Below are positions 23,883-35,900 of a stretch of DNA of 64,000 bases, piece by piece. The stretch is from Rebecca billardiae RCC1528. Its lineage: Eukaryota > Protista > Haptophyta. The notes beneath the pieces were generated by a model. It did not search any database. It had not been told where the DNA came from and saw only the letters and a list, made by a program, of their open reading frames with translations. How positions within the stretch are numbered: position 1 is the stretch's first letter; each line of letters starts with the position of its first letter. The position numbers and the translations under genes were made by a program. Location of the stretch: assembly GCA_965240325.2 (NCBI GenBank), contig OZ251222.1, forward strand, positions 4,464,001 to 4,528,000, read 5' to 3'.

Positions 23883-25417
23883 ATGGTTGGCCGGGGCCGC
23901 GCGCCCTCGCCAGCTCAGGCCCGGGCCGAGCGGGCGGCGCCGCGCAAGCTTGCGGCGCCGAGCGCCATCCCTCTCCCGGCCAAGTCTGCAGGCGCGCCCC
24001 GCTCGAGCAGTGCGCCGCGCAGCCGCTTGTCCGAGGGCCGCTCGTCCGCTGGCAGCGGCGAGAGCTCGCTGCCCGCGCGCAGGGCGGGCCGGCCGCCGCT
24101 GAGCGCGGGCGCGGCGCGCGGCGCGGGCTCGAGCGGCCCGTCGCGCCCCGACGCCGCCCGGCCCGGCCGGCCTCGCGACGCGGAGCAGCTGCTCGACGAG
24201 CCGCTGAACGGGTGGGGCAGCGGCGGCACCGACGCGCACGGCAGGGCGCTCTCGGACCGATCGGACGCGGGCGCGGGCGCCGACGGCACGTCGGCGGCCG
24301 GATCGTCGCGCGACAGCTCGTTCCGCCGGCTGCGCCCCTCGGCCGCCGAGCGCGCTCGCGCCGAGCGCACCGGCGTCGGCCGGCGCTCGCTCGGCGAGTC
24401 GCCGCGCCGCGTCCGCCCGCACGGCCTGAGCGCCGGCCGCTCGGCGTCGGCGTCGAGGGCGTCGAGGAGCGCGCCCGCGTCGCCCGATCGCGCGCAGCAG
24501 CGCGCGAACGCGCCCGCCGGCCCGAAGGGCACGCCCTCGCCCGTGAACGGCCAGCGCGCGGGCGGCGGCGGCGCGGAGCAGCGCGCAGGCTCCCGCTTCC
24601 GCGCGCGCTCCGACCGGCCTCACACGGCGACCGGCGCTGAGCGGCCGGCGGGCCGGCGGCTGCTCGGCGAGCCCGGCGAGCCGAGCGCGCAGGAGGCGCA
24701 CGCCGCGCGCGCGTACCCGCCCCGCGCGCCGCGCAGCCTCCGCCCGGGCAGCGCCGGCACGGCGGGCGCGGGCGCGACGCGGCGTGCGCGCGGCGCGCGG
24801 CCGCAGTCCGCGCGCCGCGACGCGCCGCTCCGCGCGCAGGCCGGCGCCGCGGCGGGGTTTGCGGACAGCTTCGCGCTGCTCGAGGCGGAGGTGGCGCTGA
24901 GCGAGGCCGCGGCGGCGCCGCCTGGCGCGATGGCGCGCGGCGCGGACATCGACCTCCCCGACGAGGACATGCGCCCGTCGGGCCGGCGGCCGAGCGGCAG
25001 CCTCGCGGACGGCGGCGGCGCCGATGGCGGCGGCGGCGGCGGCGGCGCCGTCAAGTCCCCCACGCTGCTCGCGCGCTCGATGGATGCGCTGGCTGCGGGC
25101 GTGAGCCACCTGGGGCTCGATCTCACCGCGTTCTCGAGGCCCGTCTCGCAGCCGCCGCCACGCCCGCCGCCGCCGCCGCCGAGGCGAAGCGTGCCGCACG
25201 GCGCCGAGGGCGGCGACGCGCGCGCGGCGCACGCGGCGGCGCACGCCGTGCCGGCCGCGTGGTCGGAGCGCCAGCCGAACCCGCCCGCCGACGGCGCGGG
25301 CGGCGCGGGCTCGGCGCGCGGGAGCTCGCCGGACACGGACTCGGACTCGGACTCGTCCGACGGCCTCGCCTTCCCCGACCCGGCGCCCGCCTCGCGCCCG
25401 TCCATCGTGCCCAAGCT

Positions 25418-25456
<39 letters not shown>

Positions 25457-28400
25457 GCCCAAGGCGGCGCCGGGCGCTCCCCCCGCCGCGCCGCCGCCGC
25501 TCCCGCCGATGCCGCCGATGAAGCCGCTCGACATGGCGTCGGTGGCGGCGAAGCGCGAGCCGATCGTCGGCGAGCGTCCGGACAGCGCGGACCGCGCGCC
25601 GTACACGCCGCTCGGCGAGGTCGTACAGCGGCTCGCGCGCGAGAGGGAGGCGGGCGCGGGCGGCGCGGGCGGCGCGGGCGGCGCGGGCGGCGCGGGCGGC
25701 GCGCCGCCGATCGCGCTGCCGCCGAAGCTCGACCTGGGCCGCGTGGCGGAGGCGCAGCAGCCCGCGCCCAGGCGCTTCTCCCTCGTCGCCGACGTGCGCG
25801 GCGGCGAGCGCCCCAAGTGGGTCGTCCCCTTTGCCGAGCTCGAGCTGGGGCGGCGCATCGGCGTGGGCGCGTACGGGGAGGTGTACGAGGCGCGCTGGCG
25901 GCGGGACACAATCGCAGTGAAGCGGTGGACGCACCAGGGGCTGGACGAGAAGAACGCGCGGCTGCTGCGCGAGGAGATGGAGATCATGTCCGAGCTGCGC
26001 CACCGGCACATCGTCCACTTCCTCGGCGCGTGCCTCGAGGCGGAGCAGATGTGCATGCTGTTCGAGCACTGCGTGTGCTCCATGCTGCAGCTGCTGCGTG
26101 ACGAGGGCGTGCACCTGAGCGTGCAGGCGACCATCGACTACTGCAAGCAGGCGCGTGCGCGGCGCGCGCGCGGAGGAGGGCGCGCGCCCGCCGGCGCCGC
26201 GCGCGCTCACACGCGCCCGCCCCGCGCTCGCGCGCGCGCCCGCTCCGCGCGCCCGCCGCTGCCGCCGCCGCGCCCCGGCCGCCCGCGCGCCGCGCGCTGC
26301 GCCGGTCGCCTCGCCGCGCAGGTCGCGCTGGGCATGTTCTACCTGCACTCGTGCACGCCGCCCGTGCTGCACCTCGACCTGAAGGCGGCGAACGTGCTGC
26401 TCGACCGGCACGGCGTGGCGAAGGTGTGCGACTTCGGGCTGTCGCACGCCAAGCAGGGCGCGGCGATCGTGACTGCGCGCATGGGCTCCCCGCAGTGGAC
26501 GGCGCCCGAGGTGCTGCGCGGAGAGCCGCACGACGAGTCTGCGGACGTGTACTCGTACGGGCTGCTGCTGTACGAGATGGCGACGCGCGCGCTGCCGTAC
26601 GAGGGGATGGACACGTACCAGGTCGTGGTCGGCGTGATCACCAAGCTCCTCCCGCGGCCGAGCGTGCAGCCCTCCGAGCGCGCGCCGCCCACGCTGCTCG
26701 CGCTGATGGCTCGCTGCTGGGCGGAGGCGCGCGCAGAGAGGCCGCCGTTCGGCGCGGTGCTCGACGTGCTGGAGGGGCTGGTGCGCGAGCACGGCGCGCC
26801 GCCCGAGGGCGAGGCGCTGCCCGGGCTGCTCGCCGCCGAGTCCAACCCCGCCTCCGTCCGGCCGCTGCCGCCGCTGCCGCCGCACCTCTCGCGGCGCGGC
26901 CGCGATTCGGGCTCTGCCGCCGACGGCGGCGGCGCCGACTCGGACGACGAGCTCGCGGCCGGCGGCGGCGGCGGCGGCGGCGCGCGGCGCTCGGGGACGG
27001 CGCGCGGCGCGCCCGAGGGGCTCACCGCGATCGCGCACTTCGACTACGCCGCGAAGCGCCCGGACGAGCTCTCCTTCCAGCGCGGCCACCGCATCCGCGC
27101 GCTCGGCCCCGCGAGCACGCGCGGCTGGTGGCGCGGGCGCGTGGGCGGCAGGGTGGGTCTCTTCCCGGAGAACTTTGTCACGTTCCAGGCGGCGACGAAG
27201 GCGTACTCCGAGCTGGCGACGACGCGGCGGGCGGGGGCGGACGGCGGCGAGCGCGGCGCGGGCGGCGCGTCGCCGCACGACGCCGCGCGCCGCGCTCCGG
27301 CCGGGCCGATCATTGAGGAGGCGCCCCTTGACGCCCTCCTCGAGTTTGAACACGCGCCCGGCGGCGGCGGCGGAGCTGGCGGCGGCGGCGGCGCGGACGC
27401 GGTGCTCGGCCGCGGGCGCGACTCGCGCGTCGTGCGCGCGCGCGACAAGCGCACGCTCGAGCGCGTCGCGGTGAAGCTCGTGCGCGCGCGCACGCAGCCG
27501 GCGCGCGCGCGCGCGCTGCGCGAGGCCTCGCTGCTCGCCGCGCTCGGCTCGGACGCGTCGGCCGAGGGTTCCCACGTCGTGCAGCTGAGGTACGTGGTGC
27601 TCCCGCCGCCACCGCCGCCGCACGCGGGCGGCGGCGGCTCGGACGGGGCGGGCGGCGGGTTGGTCGCGCTCGTGTGCGAGCTGCTCGACGGGGGCGACCT
27701 GTTCGACCGGATCGAGGCGTGCGGCCCGCTCGAGGAGGCGGCGGCGTCGCGCGTCGCCGCAGACGTCCTCCTCGGCCTGGCGCAGCTGCACGCGCGCCGC
27801 ATCGTGCACGGCGACGTGAAGCCCTCGTCTGTGCTCTTCCTCTCGAGGGCGGCGGACTCGCCCGCGCGGCTGATCGACCTGAGCGAGGCGCGGCAGCAGC
27901 GGGTGGGCGCGGGCGGCGCGGCGGAGCCGCTCACCGGGCTGTGCGGCAGCCCGGACTACGCCTCGCCCGAGGTGCTCTCGTGGCTGGGCGGCGCGGATTC
28001 GCGCGAGGTCGCCGTCGACGCGACCGACGCCGACGGACACGGCACGGGCCGCGCGCGCGCGCGCCGCTCGTCCGCGCGCGGCGTGGGGTACGGCCCGCCG
28101 ACAGACCTGTGGTCGGTGGGCGTGCTCGTGTACGTCGCGCTCTCCGGCTTCCCGCCGTTCCACGGCGACGACGACGCCGACATGCTCGAGCGCATCCTGC
28201 ACGGCGCGTTCGACTTTCCGAGCACGCTCGGCGGCGGCGCGCCGACCGCGTGGGGACGTGTGTCGCCGCTCGCGCGCGACTTCATCGGCCGGCTGCTGCT
28301 CGTGGAGCCGTCGCACCGGATGGACGTGGGCGCGGCGCTGCGGCACCCGTGGATCCGGGACACGGTGGACATGGCGGCGGTGCACTCCTCGCTCGGCCAG

Positions 28401-29840
28401 CTGCGCACGCGCGCCGTCTCGCCCGGCTGGGCCGGGCTGCGCCGCGCGGCCGCCAGCTCGGTGCGCGGGCCGACGCCGCCGCGCGCGCGGCCGCGCGCCG
28501 CCGCCGCCACCGCGCGCGAGCTCGGATCCGGCGGCGGCGGCGGCGACGGCGGCACGGGCGCGCGGCGCGTGACGCCGCCCGCGACGCCGCCCGCGACGCC
28601 GCCGCGGCCCGCCACCGCCGCCGCCGACGCGGCCGCCGACGCCGCGGACGCCACCGCCGCGCAGCACGGCTGGGCGCACGCGGCCGGCGCGCGCGGCGGC
28701 GCGCGCGGCGACGCGGCCGGCGCGCGCGGCGCGCGCGGCGGCGGCGGGTTGAGCTGGTCGCTGCAGCAGGAGGGCATGGTCTCGACGTTCGGCCGCTGGC
28801 TGATGGGGCGCGCGGTGGGCGAGGGCAGCCTGCGGCTGCTCATGGTCGGCCTCGACGGCGCGGGCAAGACGAGCCTGCTGCACCGGCTGCGCACAGGAGC
28901 AGGCCTGAGCGCGCCGCCCCCGCCCACCGTCGGTGCGCGCGCGCGCGGTGCGCGCTGGCAGCGCGCGGCGCGCCGCGCGCGCCCCGCGCGCCGCGCGCGC
29001 GTGACCAGCTCGCGCCCACGCCCCGCGCGCGCCCTTCGCCTCGGTCGTCGCAGGCCTCTCCGAGGAGAGCTTCGACTTCAAGCGCTGCCGCCTCCGCGTG
29101 CTCGAGCTGGGCGGAGGGCCGAGGGTGCGCGCGCACGGGCGGGCGCGCGCGCGGCGGCCGCGCATGGCGGCAGCGTGAGCGCCCGCCGCGCGGCCCGGGG
29201 CGGTGGGCTGGCTGACGCGCTGCCCGCCCGCGCCGCCGCGCGCGCCCTCCGCGCGCGCAGCTCCGCGCGCAGTGGCGAGAGCACGCCTCCGCGCTCGGCG
29301 CCGCCCCGCACGGCCTCATCTTCGTGCTCGACTCCTCCGACCTCGCGCGGCTGCCGAGCGCGCGCGCCGAGCTGCACGGCCTCGTGGCGGAGGGCGGGCT
29401 GGGCCGCGCCGCGCTGCTCGTCTTTGCCAACAAGCAGGTGCGTCCCGTGTGTGCGTCCCGTGTGTGCGTGTGCGCGCGTGCGGCGGGTGTGGCGGTGCAG
29501 CGTGCGGCGTGCTGTCTGTGTCTGCCCTGTCTTGTCTTGTCTGCCCTGCGCGCTCGAGGAGGCACACACACACGCGCGCACACACGCGCGCGCGCTGGGC
29601 TGGGCTGGGCTGGGCTCACACGCGCCGCCTGGGCCCTGCGCGCCTCGTGGCCTTGCGCGCCCCACCCCGCAGGACCTGCCGAGCGCGCTGCCTGCCGAGC
29701 GCATCGTGAGCGCGCTCGCGCTGAGCGCGCTGCCCGCGACGATGCAGTGGAGGCTGCAGCCCGGCTCGGTGCTGAGCGGGCACGGCGTGCTGCAGACGCT
29801 CGAGTGGCTCGCTGCCAAAGGCCAGGCCATCGACGACTGA
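23883..29840 (+). CDS. Multidomain signalling protein: TKL kinase + SH3 + CaMK-like kinase + C-terminal Arf-like GTPase
   Basis: Kinase 1 GVGAYG, AVK, HLDLKAAN, DFG, WTAPE; SH3 AHFDY..ELSF..GWW.G..GLFPENFV; kinase 2 GGDLFDRI, HGDVKP, CGSPDYASPE, DLWSVG; Arf GLDGAGKT, PTVG, FVLDSSD, FANKQ|D; introns 26151-26321 (GC-AG) plus three in the Arf part. Confidence 0.88.
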
Positions 29841-30140
29841 GGCTGAGGTCTGAGCCAGAGTCCGGCTATCGCCGCTGTCAGCCACGGACACGGGCGGGAG
29901 CTGATGACGTGATGACCCGCACCAGTATCCTCGTCTGTCGTCGAGTGTTGGCTGCTGTTCGTATGCCGTCACGCTCAGCCGCTCGTGCCTCATCTCCATC
30001 AATGACTGGGAGTAATATAAATACAGTACGCACCTTGAAAGTGAGCAATCGCGCACAAAATTTCCAATTACCGCCGGCATCACCCGCATCGGAGAATCGG
30101 GACCGCTCGTCGAAATCCACGTCATCATCACCATCTCAAC

Positions 30141-31953
30141 ATGGCGACGCTGACGCGCCGGCTGCTCGTGGCGAGCGCCCTGCTGCTCGCGTCGCGCGTC
30201 GCGCATGGCGAGGATGTGCACGCGTCGGCGGCCGGCGTCGATGTCGGCGAGCCCCTGAGCGCAACCGTCGGGGCTGGTGACGGCGCCGAGGGCGATGCCG
30301 CCGCGCCGCTCGGCGCAGCGGAGGTGGGGCGCGGCCCTGACAGCCAGGAGGCTGGCACACCGCCCTCCGAGCTGGAGGATGGGCCAACGCCTCCGGCAGG
30401 TGAGCTGGATCTGGACGAGCTGCTCGCGCACGTCAGCTCGGACGATGGCCCGCTCGACCTCGACGCGCTCCTGCAGCAGGTGGGCGGCGGCGACGTGGGC
30501 GACGCGGGCGCGGCCGGCGCAGACGCGAGCATGGGCGCCGCGGAGGCGTGGAGGGACGACGGTGGGCTGGGCCTGGGCGCTGGCGCGGGCGCGAGCACCG
30601 ATGCCGACGACGAGCTCGACCTGGGTGCGCTCCTGCAGCAAGTCAGCGGCGCTGACGCAGGCGAGGGCGGCGGCGGTGCAGACGGGGCGGGTGCGCCGCT
30701 GACGAGGGACGAGGGTGCGCGGGCTGAGGGTGGCGCGCACGGAGGCGCAGCCCGCGGCCCTGCGGCCGAGGAGCAGCCGCCGCCGTCCCCGCCGCCTTCG
30801 CCGCGGCGCGCGCAGCCGCGGCGCTCGGCCGAGGGCGGCACCCGCGCCGGCGGCCGCGCGCCCAAGTCTGCGCGCAGCTCGGGCTCAGGCGCGACGGGCG
30901 GCGCCGAGCACCGCGCGGCGGCGGAGGCGGGCGGCGCGCCGGCTGGCAACTCCGACCGAGCGCGCGCGGCTGATCGGCCGGACGAGGCCGGCGCGGCTGG
31001 CTCCTTCGACGCGCGCCGCGCGCAGGAGGCCGAGCAGGGCGCGTGGTCCCCGTTCGACGACGGCGACGCCTCAGCCGAGCCGGATGGCGCAGACGGCGCG
31101 GCCGATGCGCCTACGGATGCGGGCGCCGCAGCCGGCGCTGCGGACGGGGGCGCGGCCGGCGCGTTCGCCCTCCGCATCGACCGCTCGACGCTCACGATAC
31201 TCAGCCGCTGGACCAACTTTGCCAACGGGGTGCGTGCCCGCACACCAGCGCACGCCGAGCCCCTCCCCTGCGGCGCGTGCTCACCGCTCGCCCCTGCCCG
31301 GCGCCGCCCCCTCCCCTCCGCCCCGCCCCTCCGCCGCGCACCACCGCGCCATCAGGTGTTGCTGATGCTGCTCGGCCCGATCGCCCTCGCCATCTCCGCC
31401 TCGCAGCTCGCGTTCGACAAGATGGTGCTGGCCGCGTACGTCAGGTGCGGCCGGGCGCGCCGACGCACGCGAGCGCGTGCCCCCCGAGCGCACGCGCGGT
31501 GCGCACGCGTTGAGCGCCCCCCCTGGCCGCGCGCCCCACCCGCCGCGCGCACTCGGGCGGCTGCGGCCCTCCCGTGCGCACGCAGCCTGTTCGGCGTGGT
31601 CTTCTCCGCACAGGAGCTCCGCGTGGAGCCGGTGGTCTCGTGGCTGCGGAAGAACTTCCAGCTGCTCTCCACGCACGGCGGCCGGGCTGCGTTCCTGCTC
31701 TTGTGCGCGCATGCTCGCGCTGCGGTCGCGCGTGCGTGATGCGCCGTGCTTGGCGCCGCGCGCGCGTGGCAGTGCGAGACAGTGGCGTGGCTCTCACGCC
31801 CCGTGCGCTGCCCCCGCCCTCGCGCGCCGCAGCGCGGGCAACCTGCTGTGGACATTTGGCAAGGTGGGCGTGGTGCCCGCGGTGCTCACGTGCGCCAACT
31901 CGGCGTTCAACAGCCGGTTCGAGTCGATTGTGAGCAGGCTTGACGACCTCTGA
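30141..31953 (+). CDS. Signal-peptide protein with acidic low-complexity region and C-terminal COPI-associated/TVP15-like membrane domain
   Basis: Spliced C-terminus ...AYVSLFG...ELR...WLRKNFQLLSTHGGRAAFLLFAGNL; introns 31230-31355, 31445-31585, 31703-31832. Confidence 0.75.
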
Positions 31954-32127
31954 CCAGTCAGCGCCTAACGCGGGGGTTGGCCGTGCCCCCGGCAGGCGCC
32001 GAGCACCGTCACCGTGTTGACGCGCACGCCACTTGGCGCGGCTGCAAACTCGCCTCTCAAACCTGAAGCCAGAAGTCGTCGTCGCACCTGCCACCTGCTC
32101 ATCCGCCACGTGTGCTCACGACGATTG

Positions 32128-32610
32128 ATGCCACAGGCGTGCAGCGGAGGAGCCCGGACTGAGTCCCAATCCTGCTGCGTGAATTCGGCAGGACTCAGGC
32201 TTGGCGCTCCGGTCCGGATCAGCGCTTTTCGGCGCGAAAAGGCGATCGCGATGCACGTGAAGGCCGCGTGCGTCCACATCCAGGCCGCCGTGCGCGGCCG
32301 CCAGGCGCGCCACGGCTACAGCTATCTGCGCAACGAGGCAGCTCGTCAGCAGTGGATGCTCTTTCTGTGCACGAGTGGCCAACTCGAAGCAGCAGCTCGG
32401 CTGGGCCTCTTCCACGAACGCGCCGCGTCCACCATCCAGCGCTGCTTTCGGACGCTGCGGATACGCCGCAGGGAACAACGGCTTCACGCTCTGCGTGCTG
32501 CTTCGCTACGCCTCTCTCGAATCTCACCACGAGGGTTGAGCCCAAAGCTAAAACCGATTCATCCGCTGTGGCCACTACGCCCTGAGGTGCCAACCTTCAG
32601 TTGCCACTGA
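32128..32610 (+). CDS. Small IQ-motif (calmodulin-binding) protein
   Basis: IQAAVRGRQAR and IQRCFRTLRIR IQ motifs; start uncertain. Confidence 0.65.
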   Translation: MPQACSGGARTESQSCCVNSAGLRLGAPVRISAFRREKAIAMHVKAACVHIQAAVRGRQARHGYSYLRNEAARQQWMLFLCTSGQLEAAARLGLFHERAASTIQRCFRTLRIRRREQRLHALRAASLRLSRISPRGLSPKLKPIHPLWPLRPEVPTFSCH

Positions 32611-32986
32611 CATCGTGCGGCCACGCAGGTACTGATTCGCGCCCGCTCAGCGTCAGACAGCATGGCACAAATGCTCCAGCTCTGCTCCGACTCAGTCCTT
32701 AGCCTGCGTGCAGACAGGCGAATGACTCTGAGTCGACAGCGTCAGGACAATGAGCCTATGCCTGAGACTACTGCTGTGTGTTTAAGATACGGACGACGAG
32801 CAGGCCATGTCAGTGGCTCGCCGCACGTGGCGGCAGAGCGGCAGCACGCACGCACAGTCCGTACACAGCGGCCGATGGCCTTCACTGCTGGTGGCACACA
32901 CGTGTGCTGCACTCAATCGAGTCAGGCCGGTCGTGCTCGCCTGCCCACGCAAACGTGCGCGGCACGGGCGGGCCGCCGGTAGCAGC

Positions 32987-35900
32987 TCACGACTGCGCTG
33001 GCACAATGTCCACGTGCACACGGTCTGGCTGCACGCTGAGGAGCTCCACGACGTGAGCGGCGATGGCGGCGGCGGTCGGCGCCTGCCCCGAGCCGAGGGC
33101 CCCAGCCGCGTTTGTCTCGATGCGAACGCGCGCAAACGCGAGCGGCGGCGGTGGCGACGGCGACGGCGCGTCCGGCGGCGAGCGGGGCATCGGCGGCGGC
33201 GGGGGTGTGGGCTCGGTCGGCAGGCCGCCGTCGCCTCCGCCGAGCACGCTGATGGAGACGCTGTCAATCTCGAGGTCTGCGCCCTCGCCGCCGAGCGGAG
33301 GCTGGAGCAGGAGCGCGACTGAGTGCGCGGACGCGTGCGCGGCGCTGAACGACCAGTCCGCCTCGAGCGTGCCCCAGCCCTCCGCGCCGCCCTCGCCCGT
33401 GTACGCCGTGCGCGCGGGCAGCTGGTCGTGCGTCACGTGTGTCGGGTCGGTGGTGCCGCGCTGGCTGAGCAGCAGCAGCCGCGCGCAGCCGTGCGCGCCG
33501 CCGCTGGCCTCGCACGCGCCGGCGCTCCCCTCGGGCGCGCGCAGCCGCACGGCGGCGCTCAGACGCACGCGCGCGCCGGCGTGCACGCAGCGTGTGTCCA
33601 GGTACCTCAGCAGCCCGCCGCCGCCTCTCGGGTTGGCGAGCGCGTGCGCGCGCGAGCCGGGCGCGCCCGGGCTGCGCAGCCGCAGCCCGCCGCCCGCGTG
33701 CCACCAGCCGTCGGCGCTGCCCGTCTCAAAGCCGCCGTTGGGCACGAGCTGCGCGCACTCGGCCGCCGAGGGCGTCGGTCGCTCCAGCTCGAACGCGCTG
33801 AAGCGCGCGCCGCACGCGCCGGGCTCGTCCTCGTACGCCAGCTGCGCGAAGAGCGGCCAGGTGCTCGGCGGCTGCTGCGCGCCTGGCGCTGCGCTGGCCG
33901 TCACGGCCGGCGGCTGCGGCGGGGCGGCGCCGCCGGCCAACGCCGCCGCCGCCTCTGGCAGCACGAAGCGCGCGCTGTAAGCGCCGCCCGCGGGCAGCGT
34001 CACGAAGAAGCGCCGCACCTTGAACGCCTTGGTCGCCGAGTCCTCGCCGAACGCGCCGTCGCGGAAGAAGCCTGGGACGTCCGCGAACGGGCGGCCGTCT
34101 GCGGGCGGGGTGTCGCCGTGCGCGCGCGTGACGCGCAGCCGCAGCGCGGCGGGCGTGCGCGAGGAGACGGCGACAGAGAGCGTGCGCATGCACGGCGTGG
34201 CGCACAGCGCCGCGCACGAGCCGGGCGGCGCGGGCGCGCACTCGCCGCCGAGCGCGGTCATGAAGCCCGAGTTGCTCACGACGGTGCCGCGCGCGGCGCC
34301 GCCCGGCGCCAGCGAGCCGTCCTCGTCGTGCACGGCGGCGTTGGACACCGCGGCCGCCGCGGCGGGCGTGCCGAGCGTGTGCGCGCACAGCGAGACGCGC
34401 GCGGTGCGCTCGCCGTCCGCAAAGCCGAGCGCGCGCACGCTGTTGCGCGGGTCGAAAAAGCCGAGGTGCTCCTCGCCCACGCCGAGCGCGTGCGAGCGCG
34501 CGCACGCGCCCTGCTGCGCGCCGTAGTCGCCCTCGCCGAGCCACTGGCCGGGCAGCCCCGCGAAGCTCACGTTGTCCACGCGGTTGCCGAGCTGGTGCGC
34601 GCGGCCGAGCAGCTGCTGGTGCATCTGCACGCCCACCAGCGGGAGCGGCCCGGCCGGGCAGTGCGCGCGACGCACCGGCTCGGCGCCGCGCAGCCCGCGC
34701 CCGGCCGCCAGCCGTGCGAACGGCTCGCTCAGCCCGACCACGGTCGAGTCGCGCAGCTCGCAGCTGTGCGCGCGGTCAAAGTCGACGCCGATGGCGTTGT
34801 CCGCCAGCTGCGCGCCGCGCACGCGCAGGTTGGCCGAGTTGTGCAAGAAGACGCCCGCGCCGCCGTTGCGGAACGCGCGCAGCCGCTCGAATGTCGCCGT
34901 CTGCGCCGGGTTGAAGCCCATGCCTGCGCGCGGCCGAGGGAGCCAAGTGGCGCGACGCGGGGCGCGCTCAGTGGGCCGCCACGCCAAGACGACGCGGCGC
35001 GCGCGCGGCGGCGGCGCGCGCGCACCAGGGTAGGTGGCGAGGCCGTGCAGCCGGTGCGAGTGCGCCACGTTGTCTTCGAAGCGGCCGAGCGGCGCGCTCG
35101 ACGGGTCGTACCCCGCGGGCGCGCGCTCGGCGCTCGGCCCGCGCACGCGCTGCAGCAGCTCGTACCAGTACCCATACCCGGCAGAGCCCGCGGCGATGTT
35201 CGCCACGAGCGAGTTCTCCGGGTTGGCGAGCCAGAACGTGGCGGGCTCGTCGTCGCTCTCGCCCGGCAGCGTGTGCGCGCGCTCCAGCGCGTGCGTCGCC
35301 ACGCCGACGTTCGCAACGAACTCATTCTCCGTCTCGATGCCGTCCTCGAGCACAAAGCAGTGGCCGGAGGTGCGCCACGCGACGTTGGCGGAGACGCGCG
35401 CGCCGTGCGAGCCGTGGACGACCACGCAGCGCTACGGGGCGGGGGTGACGCGCGCGCGCGCTGCTTGTGAGCACGCGCCCTCCGCCGCGCGCGCTCGCCC
35501 CCTCTCGCGCGCAGCCATACTGTACGCACGTAGTGGGACTCAGTGATCGCGTTGTGGCTGAGCAGCGTGCCGTGCACGGCGCCGCACATGTGCAGGTGCA
35601 GCGGGTACCGGCCCATCACGCCGCGCTGCCCGAGGCGGTGCAGCCGCACGCCCTCCAGCCGCTGCGCGACGTGCGGCGTGTGCAGCACCATCACGTGCGC
35701 GCCCGCGCCCGCGCCCTCGCCTTCATCGGGATACGGGCGGCCTTGCGCGCCGCTCGCGCCGCCGTCCGCCACGCGCCAGTTGCGCGAGAGGAGCACCACC
35801 TCGGCTGCAAACTCGGGCACGCCGTCCGCGGCGACGCTGGGCACGTGCGCGAGCGGCTGCGCGAGCACGACCGTCGCCGTGTCCCCGCTCCCGAGCACGG

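Noticed and set aside
23274-29165. 1963-aa minus-strand ORF and similar long antisense ORFs (e.g. 6068-8152, 38719-42015, 18395-20968)
   Set aside because: Shadows of real genes; extreme GC removes stop codons; no motifs
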